Assembly: GCA_965218435.1 (NCBI GenBank)
Contig: CBDCKW010000009.1
Coordinates: 1,536,001 to 1,600,000 of the forward strand
Reading direction: 5' to 3'
Length of the DNA: 64,000 nucleotides
Source: Truepera sp.
GTDB lineage: Bacteria; Deinococcota; Deinococci; Deinococcales; Trueperaceae
Shown: positions 49,812 through 58,679 of the stretch, piece after piece
How positions within the stretch are numbered: the stretch's first letter is position 1
Layout of the letters: each line of letters begins with the position of its first letter
Translations under genes and position numbers: made by a program
The notes under the pieces: generated by a model
Databases searched by the model: none
What the model saw: the letters and a program-made list of their open reading frames with translations, nothing else
What the model was told of the DNA's origin: nothing

Positions 49812-50337
49812 CGGTTGGCTCTTATCTGCTTACGCATCTAAGGCTTACGTTACCATCTCTTAGTGGGTAAAACCGAGTTTTGAACGCGTTTATGTTCTCA
49901 CTTCAAAGCAGGTATCGAAATTCAAGTTAGCTTTTGATAGTGCTCCGGCAGTGATTTAATGCTCATTCAATGGTAAAGAGAATACTCAAGTGACAAAGCT
50001 GCCTAGTTCGGTACATCCTGAAAGCTTCTTACCTCTAAAGATCACGTAAAAAAGTCGGCTTAAAAAACGTATAACTGTGGGTTATGCTACATTAGAAAAT
50101 GTACTACTTAAATACAAAGACCGACGGGGACACTTTTTGCACTCATTAAAGCTCGCGCCCTCTTTCCTTCCAGCGGCAAGAAGACCATAGCTTGAAAACC
50201 GGTACCAACCCTGGACACTAAAACGTCCAGGTTTTTTGTGAACCCCTAACAAAATACAAACAGTTTTATAGTATGATTTTTCACACGCTGTAGTAGCGCG
50301 TGCGTAGCCTGTTCTAACGCCGTTGACGGCAGATGGG

Positions 50338-51996
50338 ATGCTCGACATGGAAGTTGACGTGGTGGTTCTCGGAAGCGGCGTCGGCGGGAGTACAGTAGCT
50401 GCTATTTTGGCGGAGCAAGGCGTGCGGGTCGCGCTCGTTGACGCGGCGGTTCACCCCCGCTTTGCTCTTGGTGAAAGCACCATCGGCGAGACCTCTTTTT
50501 TGCTCCGGCAACTTGCGGCGCGTTGGCGCGTGCCGGAGCTCGGTTGGGTCAGTACCAACCGGGGACTAGAGGAGCACGTCAGTCGGCGCTGCGGCATCAA
50601 ACGCAATTTCGGTTTTGTCTACCAGCGGGAAGGTTTAGAGCACCAACCCGATGAAGTGACCCAGTGCAACGTCTCGGACGGCCCCTTTGGTGCCGAGTCA
50701 CACCTGATGCGCGCCGACGTTGACCAGTACCTTTTTGGTGCGGCCAAACGTCACGGCGCGAGCGTCTACGAAGGGATCAAGGTCGCTGCAGTTGACGTTG
50801 ATGATGAAGGCGCGAGCGTCAGTTTGAGGGATGGGACAGAAATTCATACGGAATACCTCATCGACGCCACCGGTCGCAATTCGGTTCTTGCCGAAAAGTT
50901 CAGCCTCCGCGAAGAGCCAAGCCGGTTTCGGACAGACAGCTGGACGACGTTTACCCACATGCGCGGCGTTCGCCCTTATGACGAGGTAGACCCGGAGACC
51001 AACCAACCGACCCCGTGGCACGAAGGAACACTTCACCATCTGTTCGACGGCGGCTGGATGTGGGTCATCCCTTTTGACAATCACAGCGGCAGCGAAACCG
51101 ACCTCGTGTCGGTCGGTCTCAATTTTGACAGCAACCGTTTTCCCAAGCGTGAGGGCGTCACGGGCGAGCAGGTGTGGCAGGAATTTCTTGCGACCCAACC
51201 GGGCATCGCCGCGCAGTTCGGGGCCGCGGCCCCGGTGTTTCCCTGGGTGACGACGGGGCGCACACAGTTCAGCAGCAAAACGACCGTCGGCGACCGCTGG
51301 ATACTGATGTCGCACGCCGCCGGTGCGGTAGATGCACTTTTCAGCCGGGGCATGGCGAATACGATGGCGGTCATCGAGGCGTTTGTCCCACGCTTTTTAG
51401 CTGCGCACGCCGACCGTGACTACCGGGCTGAGCGGTTTGAATACGTTGACCGGTTTTCGCAGACCATGTTGGACAACAACGATAAACTGATCGCGGGAAG
51501 TTACATCGCCTTTCGTGACTTTGATCTGTGGCGCGCCTGGTCGAAGATGTGGTTTTTAGCGTGGAACTTAGGCGTGATGCGGCTCGCCGGGTCATACTAC
51601 CGGTTTGTCGAAACCGGAGACACGAACATCCTCGACGAACTCCACAAGGGCGAAGCGCCAGGGACGTTTGCGCCCGAAGCGCCCTCGGCGCAAAGGCAGT
51701 TCGAGCGGTGCTTTGCCATCATGGAAGAGATCGACCGGGGCGAAAGGGAAATTGCCGACGCCATCCCCGAATTAGCCTTCATCTTAGGTGACGGCGAGGC
51801 GAGTCCGGCCCCGCTCAACCTGCATGACGTGCTCCGCCCTTGGCACGACGGCAGCGCCGAAACGCAGACCCTGATCTATAACTGGGGCCGCACCGCGAGC
51901 CCACTGGGGATGCGTAAATGGTTCGACTACGACCGGGCGACGATTCCGCAGGCCGCAGAACAGTTGTACGCCGAGCGAGAACTGAGCGCCGTTTAA
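50338..51996 (+). CDS. Flavin-dependent halogenase, PrnC/CtcP-like
   Basis: GSGVGG FAD motif, HPRFALGEST, GIKRNFGF (catalytic Lys position), WMWVIP (WxWxIP), DALFSRG. Exact start uncertain (50323, 50338 or 50347). Confidence 0.88.
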   Translation: MLDMEVDVVVLGSGVGGSTVAAILAEQGVRVALVDAAVHPRFALGESTIGETSFLLRQLAARWRVPELGWVSTNRGLEEHVSRRCGIKRNFGFVYQREGLEHQPDEVTQCNVSDGPFGAESHLMRADVDQYLFGAAKRHGASVYEGIKVAAVDVDDEGASVSLRDGTEIHTEYLIDATGRNSVLAEKFSLREEPSRFRTDSWTTFTHMRGVRPYDEVDPETNQPTPWHEGTLHHLFDGGWMWVIPFDNHSGSETDLVSVGLNFDSNRFPKREGVTGEQVWQEFLATQPGIAAQFGAAAPVFPWVTTGRTQFSSKTTVGDRWILMSHAAGAVDALFSRGMANTMAVIEAFVPRFLAAHADRDYRAERFEYVDRFSQTMLDNNDKLIAGSYIAFRDFDLWRAWSKMWFLAWNLGVMRLAGSYYRFVETGDTNILDELHKGEAPGTFAPEAPSAQRQFERCFAIMEEIDRGEREIADAIPELAFILGDGEASPAPLNLHDVLRPWHDGSAETQTLIYNWGRTASPLGMRKWFDYDRATIPQAAEQLYAERELSAV

Positions 51997-52041
51997 ACCG
52001 GGTCAAGTAGCCTAACCTTCGGTGGCGTCTAAGGAGCACAG

Positions 52042-53343
52042 ATGAGTAGGTTGAAATTCGGGATGTTGATGTTTCCGGTGCATAACCCGAGTCATGACCC
52101 GACGGTGCAGCTGGAGCAAGACATCGCGTTAGCCGAGCACGCTGACGCCCTCGGGTTTGATGAGTTTTGGTTTGGTGAACACCACAGCGGCGGCTGGCAG
52201 ATTATCGCCGACCCGCTCCTGATGGTGGCCCGCGCCGCCGCAACCACGCGCCGTATCCGCCTCGGTTCGGGCGTGTCAACGCTCGCGTATCATCACCCGA
52301 AACTGCTCTTAGAGAGTGCCGTTCAGCTCGACCACATGACGCGGGGCCGCTTTATGTTCGGCGTCGGGGCCGGGGCCTTGGCGCTCGATAGCCTAATGCT
52401 GGGGCTCGACCCGATGAACGCGCGTGAAGCGATGGCGGAGAGCCTCGAGGCGATGATGCTGCTGTTAGAGGCCGACGGCCCGGTCACGTACACGCCCCAA
52501 AAAGCCGACTGGCGGCTCGTTGACGCTTATTTACAGCTCGAGCCCTATTCCGACCCCCTGGACGTCCGCGTCGCGGTATTTAACTCGGCGTCCGGGCCAA
52601 GGCTCGCCGGACGTTGGGGCCTCGGGATGATTTCGTTTGGGGCGGCGGCGGTCGGGTTGGGCAAAGAAAATCGGATGGCGCTGGCGGCGCAAAAAGCACA
52701 ATATGTCGCCGAGCAGTACGGCCGTACCGTAGACCGGAGCCGCTGGAGCGTGATGAGCCCGATGCACCTCGCCCCGACCGAAAAACAGGCCAGGGACGAA
52801 GTTCGCTTCGGTTTACGGCAATATACCGACTATATCCGGCAGATTTTGCCGCTGAACGTCCCCGTAGACTCCGACCTTGACAATATCGTCGACGCGCTGC
52901 ACATCGCCGGTCATGGGGTCGTCGGTACACCGGCGATGGCCGTAAAACACATCGAGCGGATTCAGGAGCTGAGTGGCGGCGTCGGGACATTTTTACTCGA
53001 GCACGCAGGTTGGGCGTCGCACGCGCACACGCGCTCGAGCATGGAACTCTTCGCTGCTGAGGTCGCGCCGCACTTTACCGGTTCGACTCGGGCGCAGCAA
53101 GCAGCCTATGCGCGGGAGCTGGGGCACGACCAGTTGACTCGGCGCACAATGGCCAAAGCGCAAGCCGCCGCCGATTTGCAACATTCAACCGAAGTGCGGC
53201 AGCAGCGGCAAAAAGCGCAATTAGCTGCCGCGGTTGAGCGAATCCTCGATGAAGTCTTCGACGAGAGCACCCCACCCAAAGAAACTCGCGCGGACGCAGC
53301 GGATACAGTTGTGGCAGTACTAACTGAGAGCAGTACTCACTGA
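52042..53343 (+). CDS. Luciferase-like (LLM) flavin-dependent monooxygenase
   Basis: LGFDEFWFGEHH, RIRLGSGV, LDHMTRGRFMFGVG, FAAEVAP; AAGGAG RBS. Confidence 0.9.
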   Translation: MSRLKFGMLMFPVHNPSHDPTVQLEQDIALAEHADALGFDEFWFGEHHSGGWQIIADPLLMVARAAATTRRIRLGSGVSTLAYHHPKLLLESAVQLDHMTRGRFMFGVGAGALALDSLMLGLDPMNAREAMAESLEAMMLLLEADGPVTYTPQKADWRLVDAYLQLEPYSDPLDVRVAVFNSASGPRLAGRWGLGMISFGAAAVGLGKENRMALAAQKAQYVAEQYGRTVDRSRWSVMSPMHLAPTEKQARDEVRFGLRQYTDYIRQILPLNVPVDSDLDNIVDALHIAGHGVVGTPAMAVKHIERIQELSGGVGTFLLEHAGWASHAHTRSSMELFAAEVAPHFTGSTRAQQAAYARELGHDQLTRRTMAKAQAAADLQHSTEVRQQRQKAQLAAAVERILDEVFDESTPPKETRADAADTVVAVLTESSTH

Positions 53344-53466
53344 AACCTACTAAGCTGAGCGAACGGCGGTTGCCGGTTGCCTAACCCTATACTCCAGGCC
53401 GCTTTTTCCGGTGGTTTATACTCGTAGTTTATACTCTGAGATGAGTAGGCTAATCGGAGGTAGGGT

Positions 53467-54021
53467 GTGGGACAACGGTTTAACAGCGTCAGCGAGCAGC
53501 ACCGCACATTTATCGAAGCGCAAAAACTCTTTTTTGTGGGCACAGCGGCGAAGGGCGGCCACGTCAACCTCTCCCCCAAAGGTTTGGACTCGCTCCGCGT
53601 CTTGGACGAGCAGACGGTGGTGTGGTTAAACGGTACCGGCAGCGGCAACGAGACGGCGGCGCACCTGCGGGACAACCCGCGAATGACGCTGATGTTTTGC
53701 GCGTTTGAAGGCAATCCGCTGATCTTACGGCTTTACGGCGACGCCGAGGTCTATTATCCTCGAGACCCGGAGTGGGAGGGCTATCTCGGACTGTTTGAGC
53801 CTTTAGGGGGCTCGAGGCAGGTGTTCAAACTTCACGTCGAACTGGTGCAAACCTCATGCGGTTTCGGCGTCCCGCTGTTTAACTATGAGGGTGACCGCAA
53901 GCTGATGCACACCTGGGCTGAGAAAAAAGGTAACGACGGCATTCAGGCATACTGGGAAGAAAAAAACATGGTGAGCCTGGACGGGCAACCGACCCATATC
54001 TTTGGAACTGATGGTGAGTAA
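53467..54021 (+). CDS. Pyridoxamine-phosphate-oxidase-like FMN-binding protein
   Basis: FFVGTA, NLSPKG, GSGNETAAH, MFCAFEG, QTSCGFGVP. Confidence 0.85.
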   Translation: MGQRFNSVSEQHRTFIEAQKLFFVGTAAKGGHVNLSPKGLDSLRVLDEQTVVWLNGTGSGNETAAHLRDNPRMTLMFCAFEGNPLILRLYGDAEVYYPRDPEWEGYLGLFEPLGGSRQVFKLHVELVQTSCGFGVPLFNYEGDRKLMHTWAEKKGNDGIQAYWEEKNMVSLDGQPTHIFGTDGE

Positions 54022-54772
54022 CGCGTGGTCGGCGCGGAGCACAAGTTACGCAACCAGCGAGCTGCATAAAAGCGGCCCTTCACTCGTCAAGCTTCTGGCG
54101 CTGGCACGGCCCAACGTAGGTGATGTTTGCCTCGACCTCGGCACCGGCACCGGCCACACCGCCGCCGCTTTAGCTGAGCACGCCGCGCAGGTGATCGGGC
54201 TCGATGTGTCTACCGGGATGCTGCGAGCGGCTGGGGAGCTTTACCGGCGGCCTAACCTCGAGTTTATCCAAGCCCCCGCGCAAGAGACCGGCTTACCCTC
54301 TGAAAGTTTTGACATCATTACGGCGCGGCACACGCTGCACCATCATCCTGACCTTGCTGCAACGCTCGCAGAAGCGGCGCGGCTCCTCAAACCGGGCGGA
54401 AGGTTAGTTATTGCCGACGAGGTGACGCCGGACGCCGCCGTGAACGACACCGTAGACGCGTGGTACGACGCTTTGGAGCGCACCCGCGACTACACGCATG
54501 TCCGGGCCTACACGCTGGGCGAATGGCAAACCTTTATCGCCGGGTCGGGCCTCAGCTGGATTGTCGGCGACAGCAGAACGCACTATCCCATTGACGTGAA
54601 GAGCTGGTTGGAGCGGATGAACTTAGACGTGCTGACGACTGAAGCCGCCTACGATTTGCTGGCAACTGCTGACGCTCGTGCCAAGGACGTGTTTGAGATT
54701 GAATATGAAGGTACGCGGGCGGTGCGGTTTCAGATGCCGGTGGCGCTGATTTTAGCCGTTAAGACTTTGTGA
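54011..54772 (+). CDS. Class I SAM-dependent methyltransferase
   Basis: LDLGTGTGH, FDIITARHTLHH, LKPGG. Confidence 0.88.
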   Translation: MVSNAWSARSTSYATSELHKSGPSLVKLLALARPNVGDVCLDLGTGTGHTAAALAEHAAQVIGLDVSTGMLRAAGELYRRPNLEFIQAPAQETGLPSESFDIITARHTLHHHPDLAATLAEAARLLKPGGRLVIADEVTPDAAVNDTVDAWYDALERTRDYTHVRAYTLGEWQTFIAGSGLSWIVGDSRTHYPIDVKSWLERMNLDVLTTEAAYDLLATADARAKDVFEIEYEGTRAVRFQMPVALILAVKTL

Positions 54773-55524
54773 GCCGGACGCCCCGCGTCACCATCATTGC
54801 AGGTCCCAACGGCGCGGGTAAGTCAACCGTCGCACCCCTTCTACTCCGCAGCTTCGGTACCAAGCTCTATGTCAACGCTGACACAATAGCCCGGGGTTTA
54901 GCTGGGCTCGAGCCCGAACGAGCAGCGTTAGCGGCGGGGCGTGTCATGCTCGCAAGACTCAAAGAATTGGCGCAGGCTGACTTTGCCTTTGAAACGACGC
55001 TGGCCTCGAGAAGTTTTGCACCTTTTATCCGCGCCCTTCACGGTTACGAGAGCACCCTGCTTTTTTTGTACCTCCGCACCCCTGAACTCGCAGTTCAGAG
55101 GGTTGCCGAGCGTGTTCAAGCTGGCGGTCATCACGTCCCCAAAGCGGTAATTGAACGCCGCTATGAGGCGGGCTTGCGCAACCTTTTTAGGCTCTATCTT
55201 CCTGTCGTAGATAGTTGGTCTATCTGGGACGCTTCCTCTACCGGAAAAGCCCAACTGATGGCTCAACAAAATAAGAATTCTCAAACAGGCGCTACACTAA
55301 TTGACAATCCGCTGCTCTGGCAGCAGTTAGAGGCAACTTATGGAAGTGATCACCCAAGGCAAATTGACCTAGCGGAAGTACAAAAAGTTATGGAACGGGC
55401 AGTGTGGCAAGCTGTGCTCAGACATAAAAAGCTCGGCGAGTCTATCGCCGTTTGGCAGGGCGGACGCGTCGTTACCTTGTCCGCTGAAGAGATCGAAATA
55501 CCGGAGGATGTTGATGACCTATAA
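54769..55524 (+). CDS. Zeta-toxin-like P-loop ATPase fused to a small partner domain
   Basis: IAGPNGAGKST, VNAD, FETTLA, RVQAGGHHVP. The C-terminal ~60 aa (HKKLGESIAVWQGGRVVTL) resembles the usual separate downstream partner. Confidence 0.8.
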   Translation: MSRTPRVTIIAGPNGAGKSTVAPLLLRSFGTKLYVNADTIARGLAGLEPERAALAAGRVMLARLKELAQADFAFETTLASRSFAPFIRALHGYESTLLFLYLRTPELAVQRVAERVQAGGHHVPKAVIERRYEAGLRNLFRLYLPVVDSWSIWDASSTGKAQLMAQQNKNSQTGATLIDNPLLWQQLEATYGSDHPRQIDLAEVQKVMERAVWQAVLRHKKLGESIAVWQGGRVVTLSAEEIEIPEDVDDL

Positions 55525-56584
55525 GATTGCCGTACTTCCCGGAGACTTTATCGGGCCGGAAGTGATTGACGCGACGATTCAGCTGCTAGACGCCGTAACG
55601 CCGCATTACGGGCTTGACCTTACCTACACCCCTCTTCCCTTCGGCGGTCACGCCCTAGACGAGTTCGGCACACCGCTCCCCGAAGACACCAAACAAGCTT
55701 GCGCCGAGAGCGACGCCGTGCTGATGGGCTCCGCTGGCGGGCCGGTCGGTGACCACCCGTGGAACCGCGTCCCACGTGAGCAGCGCGTCGAGTCGGGGAT
55801 TTTGGGAATTCGTAAGCATTTGGGCTTGTACAGCAACCTGCGGCCCGTGCGGGTGTTTGGGGGACTCGAGCACCTCTCTCCACTTAAAAGTGAAGTTGCG
55901 GCAGGCACCGATATGCTCATCGTCCGCGAGCTGACCGGCGGCATCTATTTCGGCAAACCGAGCCACAACACCCCCGACGAGGGCGTCTCCACCGACGTCT
56001 ACACCCGCCCCGAAGTCGAGCGTATCGCCCGCGTCGCGTTTGAGGCCGCCCGCGTGCGCGGAGGCCGCGTCACCAGTGTAGACAAGGCCAACGTCTTAGA
56101 TGTGTCGCAGTTTTGGCGTGATGTAGTCGTGAGCATTCACGAAACCGACTACCGCGACGTGACCTTAGACCACCTCTATGTGGACAACGCCGCCATGCAG
56201 ATTGCCAGCAATCCGCGCCAGTTTGACGTGATCGTCACCTCGAACCTCTTCGGTGACATCTTGTCCGACCTCGCTGCTGTCATTCCGGGTTCTTTAGGCG
56301 TGTTGCCCTCAGCTAGTTTGGGCGATGGCCCCGGTTTGTTCGAGCCCGTTCACGGGTCTGCGCCGGACATTGCCGGAAAAGGTCTGGCCAATCCGGTTGG
56401 GACGATGCTCTCAGCTGCGATGATGCTCAAGTACGGCTTAGGGCAAACCGAAGCCGCCGAAGCGATTGAGGGTGCGGTGCAGCGGGCGCTCGCGGAGGAG
56501 CCGACGAAGGATTTGGGGGGGAGTCGGGGGACGGCAGCGTTTACGGGGGCGGTTATCGAGGCACTGTTTGCGACCTCGAGCTAG
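55514..56584 (+). CDS. leuB: 3-isopropylmalate dehydrogenase
   Basis: LPGDFIGPEV, NLRP, VRELTGGIYFG, VDKANVL, NLFGDILSD, EPVHGSAPDIAG; GGAGG RBS. Confidence 0.95.
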   Translation: MTYKIAVLPGDFIGPEVIDATIQLLDAVTPHYGLDLTYTPLPFGGHALDEFGTPLPEDTKQACAESDAVLMGSAGGPVGDHPWNRVPREQRVESGILGIRKHLGLYSNLRPVRVFGGLEHLSPLKSEVAAGTDMLIVRELTGGIYFGKPSHNTPDEGVSTDVYTRPEVERIARVAFEAARVRGGRVTSVDKANVLDVSQFWRDVVVSIHETDYRDVTLDHLYVDNAAMQIASNPRQFDVIVTSNLFGDILSDLAAVIPGSLGVLPSASLGDGPGLFEPVHGSAPDIAGKGLANPVGTMLSAAMMLKYGLGQTEAAEAIEGAVQRALAEEPTKDLGGSRGTAAFTGAVIEALFATSS

Positions 56585-56608
56585 CCAGCGTTCCAAAGGC
56601 TCCGTCCA

Positions 56609-57007
56609 ATGTATTTTGACTTTTTGATACCGAGGCGTCCGGTTTCGTTACAGACGAGAAACAGAAAGAACCTACAAGCGTGGAAAGATTATGTCCGTTA
56701 TGAAGCGGCTAAAACGTGGACTGAGGACGTTTATGGTGACATTGACCTCCAACTGACTCTGGTCTATCTCTTTGACAAAGACCCCGTTGACATCGACAAC
56801 ATCGTCAAACCTATCCAAGACGCGCTCATCGGTCTTATTTACGAAGACGACCTGCTGATTACCGATTTGAGATCGCACCGTCGCCCTTTAGTCGGCACCT
56901 TTGACCTGAGTAAATGTCCGCTTCCGCTTATACAGGGCATCGTTTCTGGTGCAGAATGCGTTTATGTGCAGGTTGCCGAATCCCGTTCTCTGGAGGACTA
57001 CTTATGA
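56609..57007 (+). CDS. RusA-family endonuclease (Holliday junction resolvase fold)
   Basis: DIDNIVKPIQDAL...YEDD matches the RusA catalytic DxDNxxK...D pattern. Confidence 0.82.
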   Translation: MYFDFLIPRRPVSLQTRNRKNLQAWKDYVRYEAAKTWTEDVYGDIDLQLTLVYLFDKDPVDIDNIVKPIQDALIGLIYEDDLLITDLRSHRRPLVGTFDLSKCPLPLIQGIVSGAECVYVQVAESRSLEDYL

Positions 57008-57651
57008 CTAGCGCCCAGCAAACCGAAAGTACGCTGATAACCAAGGTCGCCGAAAAGTACGCGGCTCAAGGTTTTGACGTCAATATTGAGCCCCGAAAAG
57101 AAGAGCTTCCCTTCGACTTAGGAACCTATCACCCCGACCTTATTGCAGTTAAATCGCCTGATAAGGGCTATATCATCGAAGTCAAACGTTCTGCTTCACG
57201 AACCCCGGTTGAGCGTTATAGCGAAGTCGCCAAGCTGGTCGCACAACATCCCGGCTGGGGCTTTCTACTCGTCACCGGCGATGAGCAGAGCGTAGACGGC
57301 GAAGACTTACTGACCTGGCAACAGATGCTGTCACGGCAGACTCGAGTTAAAGAGCTTCTAAAAGCTGGGGCCAGCGAAGGAGCCTTCTTAATCTTATGGG
57401 GAATTTTAGAAGCGGCGTTGCGGAGGCGAGCAGGAGAAATGCAGATTCCGGTTGAACGCTTTCCAACGTCTTCTTTAATCAATCATCTCTATTCACAAGG
57501 CGAACTCTCTATTGAACAGTTTGACGAGACAAAAACGCTTCAAGCCGTTCGTAACCGGTTTGTTCACGGCTACCAGACACCTGACGTTGACGGACCCACA
57601 GAGCAGCTTCAGGTTCTCGTTAAGGAATTGCTCGACACTTGGAGCCGGTAA
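57004..57651 (+). CDS. PD-(D/E)xK (AHJR-like) nuclease domain fused to a HEPN-like domain
   Basis: PDLIAVK...IIEVK in the N-terminal half; LEAALR and RNRFVH (R-x4-H) in the helical C-terminal half; ATGA coupling to the RusA gene. Confidence 0.75.
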   Translation: MTSAQQTESTLITKVAEKYAAQGFDVNIEPRKEELPFDLGTYHPDLIAVKSPDKGYIIEVKRSASRTPVERYSEVAKLVAQHPGWGFLLVTGDEQSVDGEDLLTWQQMLSRQTRVKELLKAGASEGAFLILWGILEAALRRRAGEMQIPVERFPTSSLINHLYSQGELSIEQFDETKTLQAVRNRFVHGYQTPDVDGPTEQLQVLVKELLDTWSR

Positions 57652-57744
57652 GCTCGAGTCCATCCCAAAATATTCAAACGGCGCGACACTGAGTATAGAG
57701 CTTACAGAACGTAAAAGCGTCCAGCGTGCTTGATATAACTACCT

Positions 57745-58674
57745 ATGAAACCCATCTGGTTCACCTGCCTACTTCTCCTCACCGCCTGCGCCCCCACCCT
57801 CGCTCCACCTACCCAACGCGCCCCCACCATCCCCGGCGCAACCCCACAAACCGTAACGTTCGGCGACTACACGACCTACTACGAAACGCTCGGCCAAGGT
57901 GACCCGGTGGTGCTCGTTCACGGGATTGGAGGCGGCTCGAGCGTCTTCCAGTACCGTAAAAACGCCGCCGCGTTAGCCGCCGCAGGCTTTAAGGTCTACG
58001 CGCTCGACTTGTTAGGCTTTGGCCGGAGCAGCCGCCCAGAGCTTCGTTATACGCAGAACTTGCTGACCAACCAGCTCACCGAGTTTTTAGAACAGGTGAA
58101 TGCCCCCGCCGCTGTGGTGGCGAACGGCCTCAGCGCCGCCTACGCGGTTCGTATCGCCGCCGAACGTCCGGAACTTGTAAGCAAACTCGTCCTCATCAGC
58201 CCGACCGGGTACGAGCGGCTTTCACGGCCGCAAAATGAGGAGCGTATCGCCGCATTCAACCAGTTCCGCGGGATTTTAGGGAGCGTCCTGAACGCCGTAC
58301 TGCTCGACCCCGGTACCCAGCGGTTGTTCCTTCTCGACGCTTATGCAGGACCAAAAAGTTTGACGCCGGAAGTGTTAGAGAATTACGACGACAACCTCAA
58401 AGCCGAAAACGCTCGTTGGGTGATCTTTTCGTTCGTCAGCGGCAACTTAGACCAGGATGTATCACAGCTCTGGCCGAAAGTACGGCAACCCGTCCTGATG
58501 CTCTGGGGCAGTGAGGCGACGACCACGCCCATCGGGGACGCGCAAGATTTTATCGAAACGAGGCCGCAGACGACGTTGTTACCTATTCGTGAGGTGAAAC
58601 TCTTGCCGAACGAAGACAGGGCAGGTGTCTTCAACCGAGTCGTCGGGTCGTTTTTACGCGGCAGGCTAGAATAA
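57745..58674 (+). CDS. Alpha/beta-hydrolase-fold lipoprotein
   Basis: Lipobox LLTAC, LVHGIGGG, DLLGFGRS; atypical elbow ANGLS. Confidence 0.8.
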   Translation: MKPIWFTCLLLLTACAPTLAPPTQRAPTIPGATPQTVTFGDYTTYYETLGQGDPVVLVHGIGGGSSVFQYRKNAAALAAAGFKVYALDLLGFGRSSRPELRYTQNLLTNQLTEFLEQVNAPAAVVANGLSAAYAVRIAAERPELVSKLVLISPTGYERLSRPQNEERIAAFNQFRGILGSVLNAVLLDPGTQRLFLLDAYAGPKSLTPEVLENYDDNLKAENARWVIFSFVSGNLDQDVSQLWPKVRQPVLMLWGSEATTTPIGDAQDFIETRPQTTLLPIREVKLLPNEDRAGVFNRVVGSFLRGRLE

Positions 58675-58679
58675 CGGAG

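Noticed and set aside
50077..50237. 37-codon ORF plus terminator-like hairpin upstream of the halogenase as a RiPP precursor
   Set aside because: GTG start without an RBS, no Trp or leader features, and this halogenase clade acts on small molecules.
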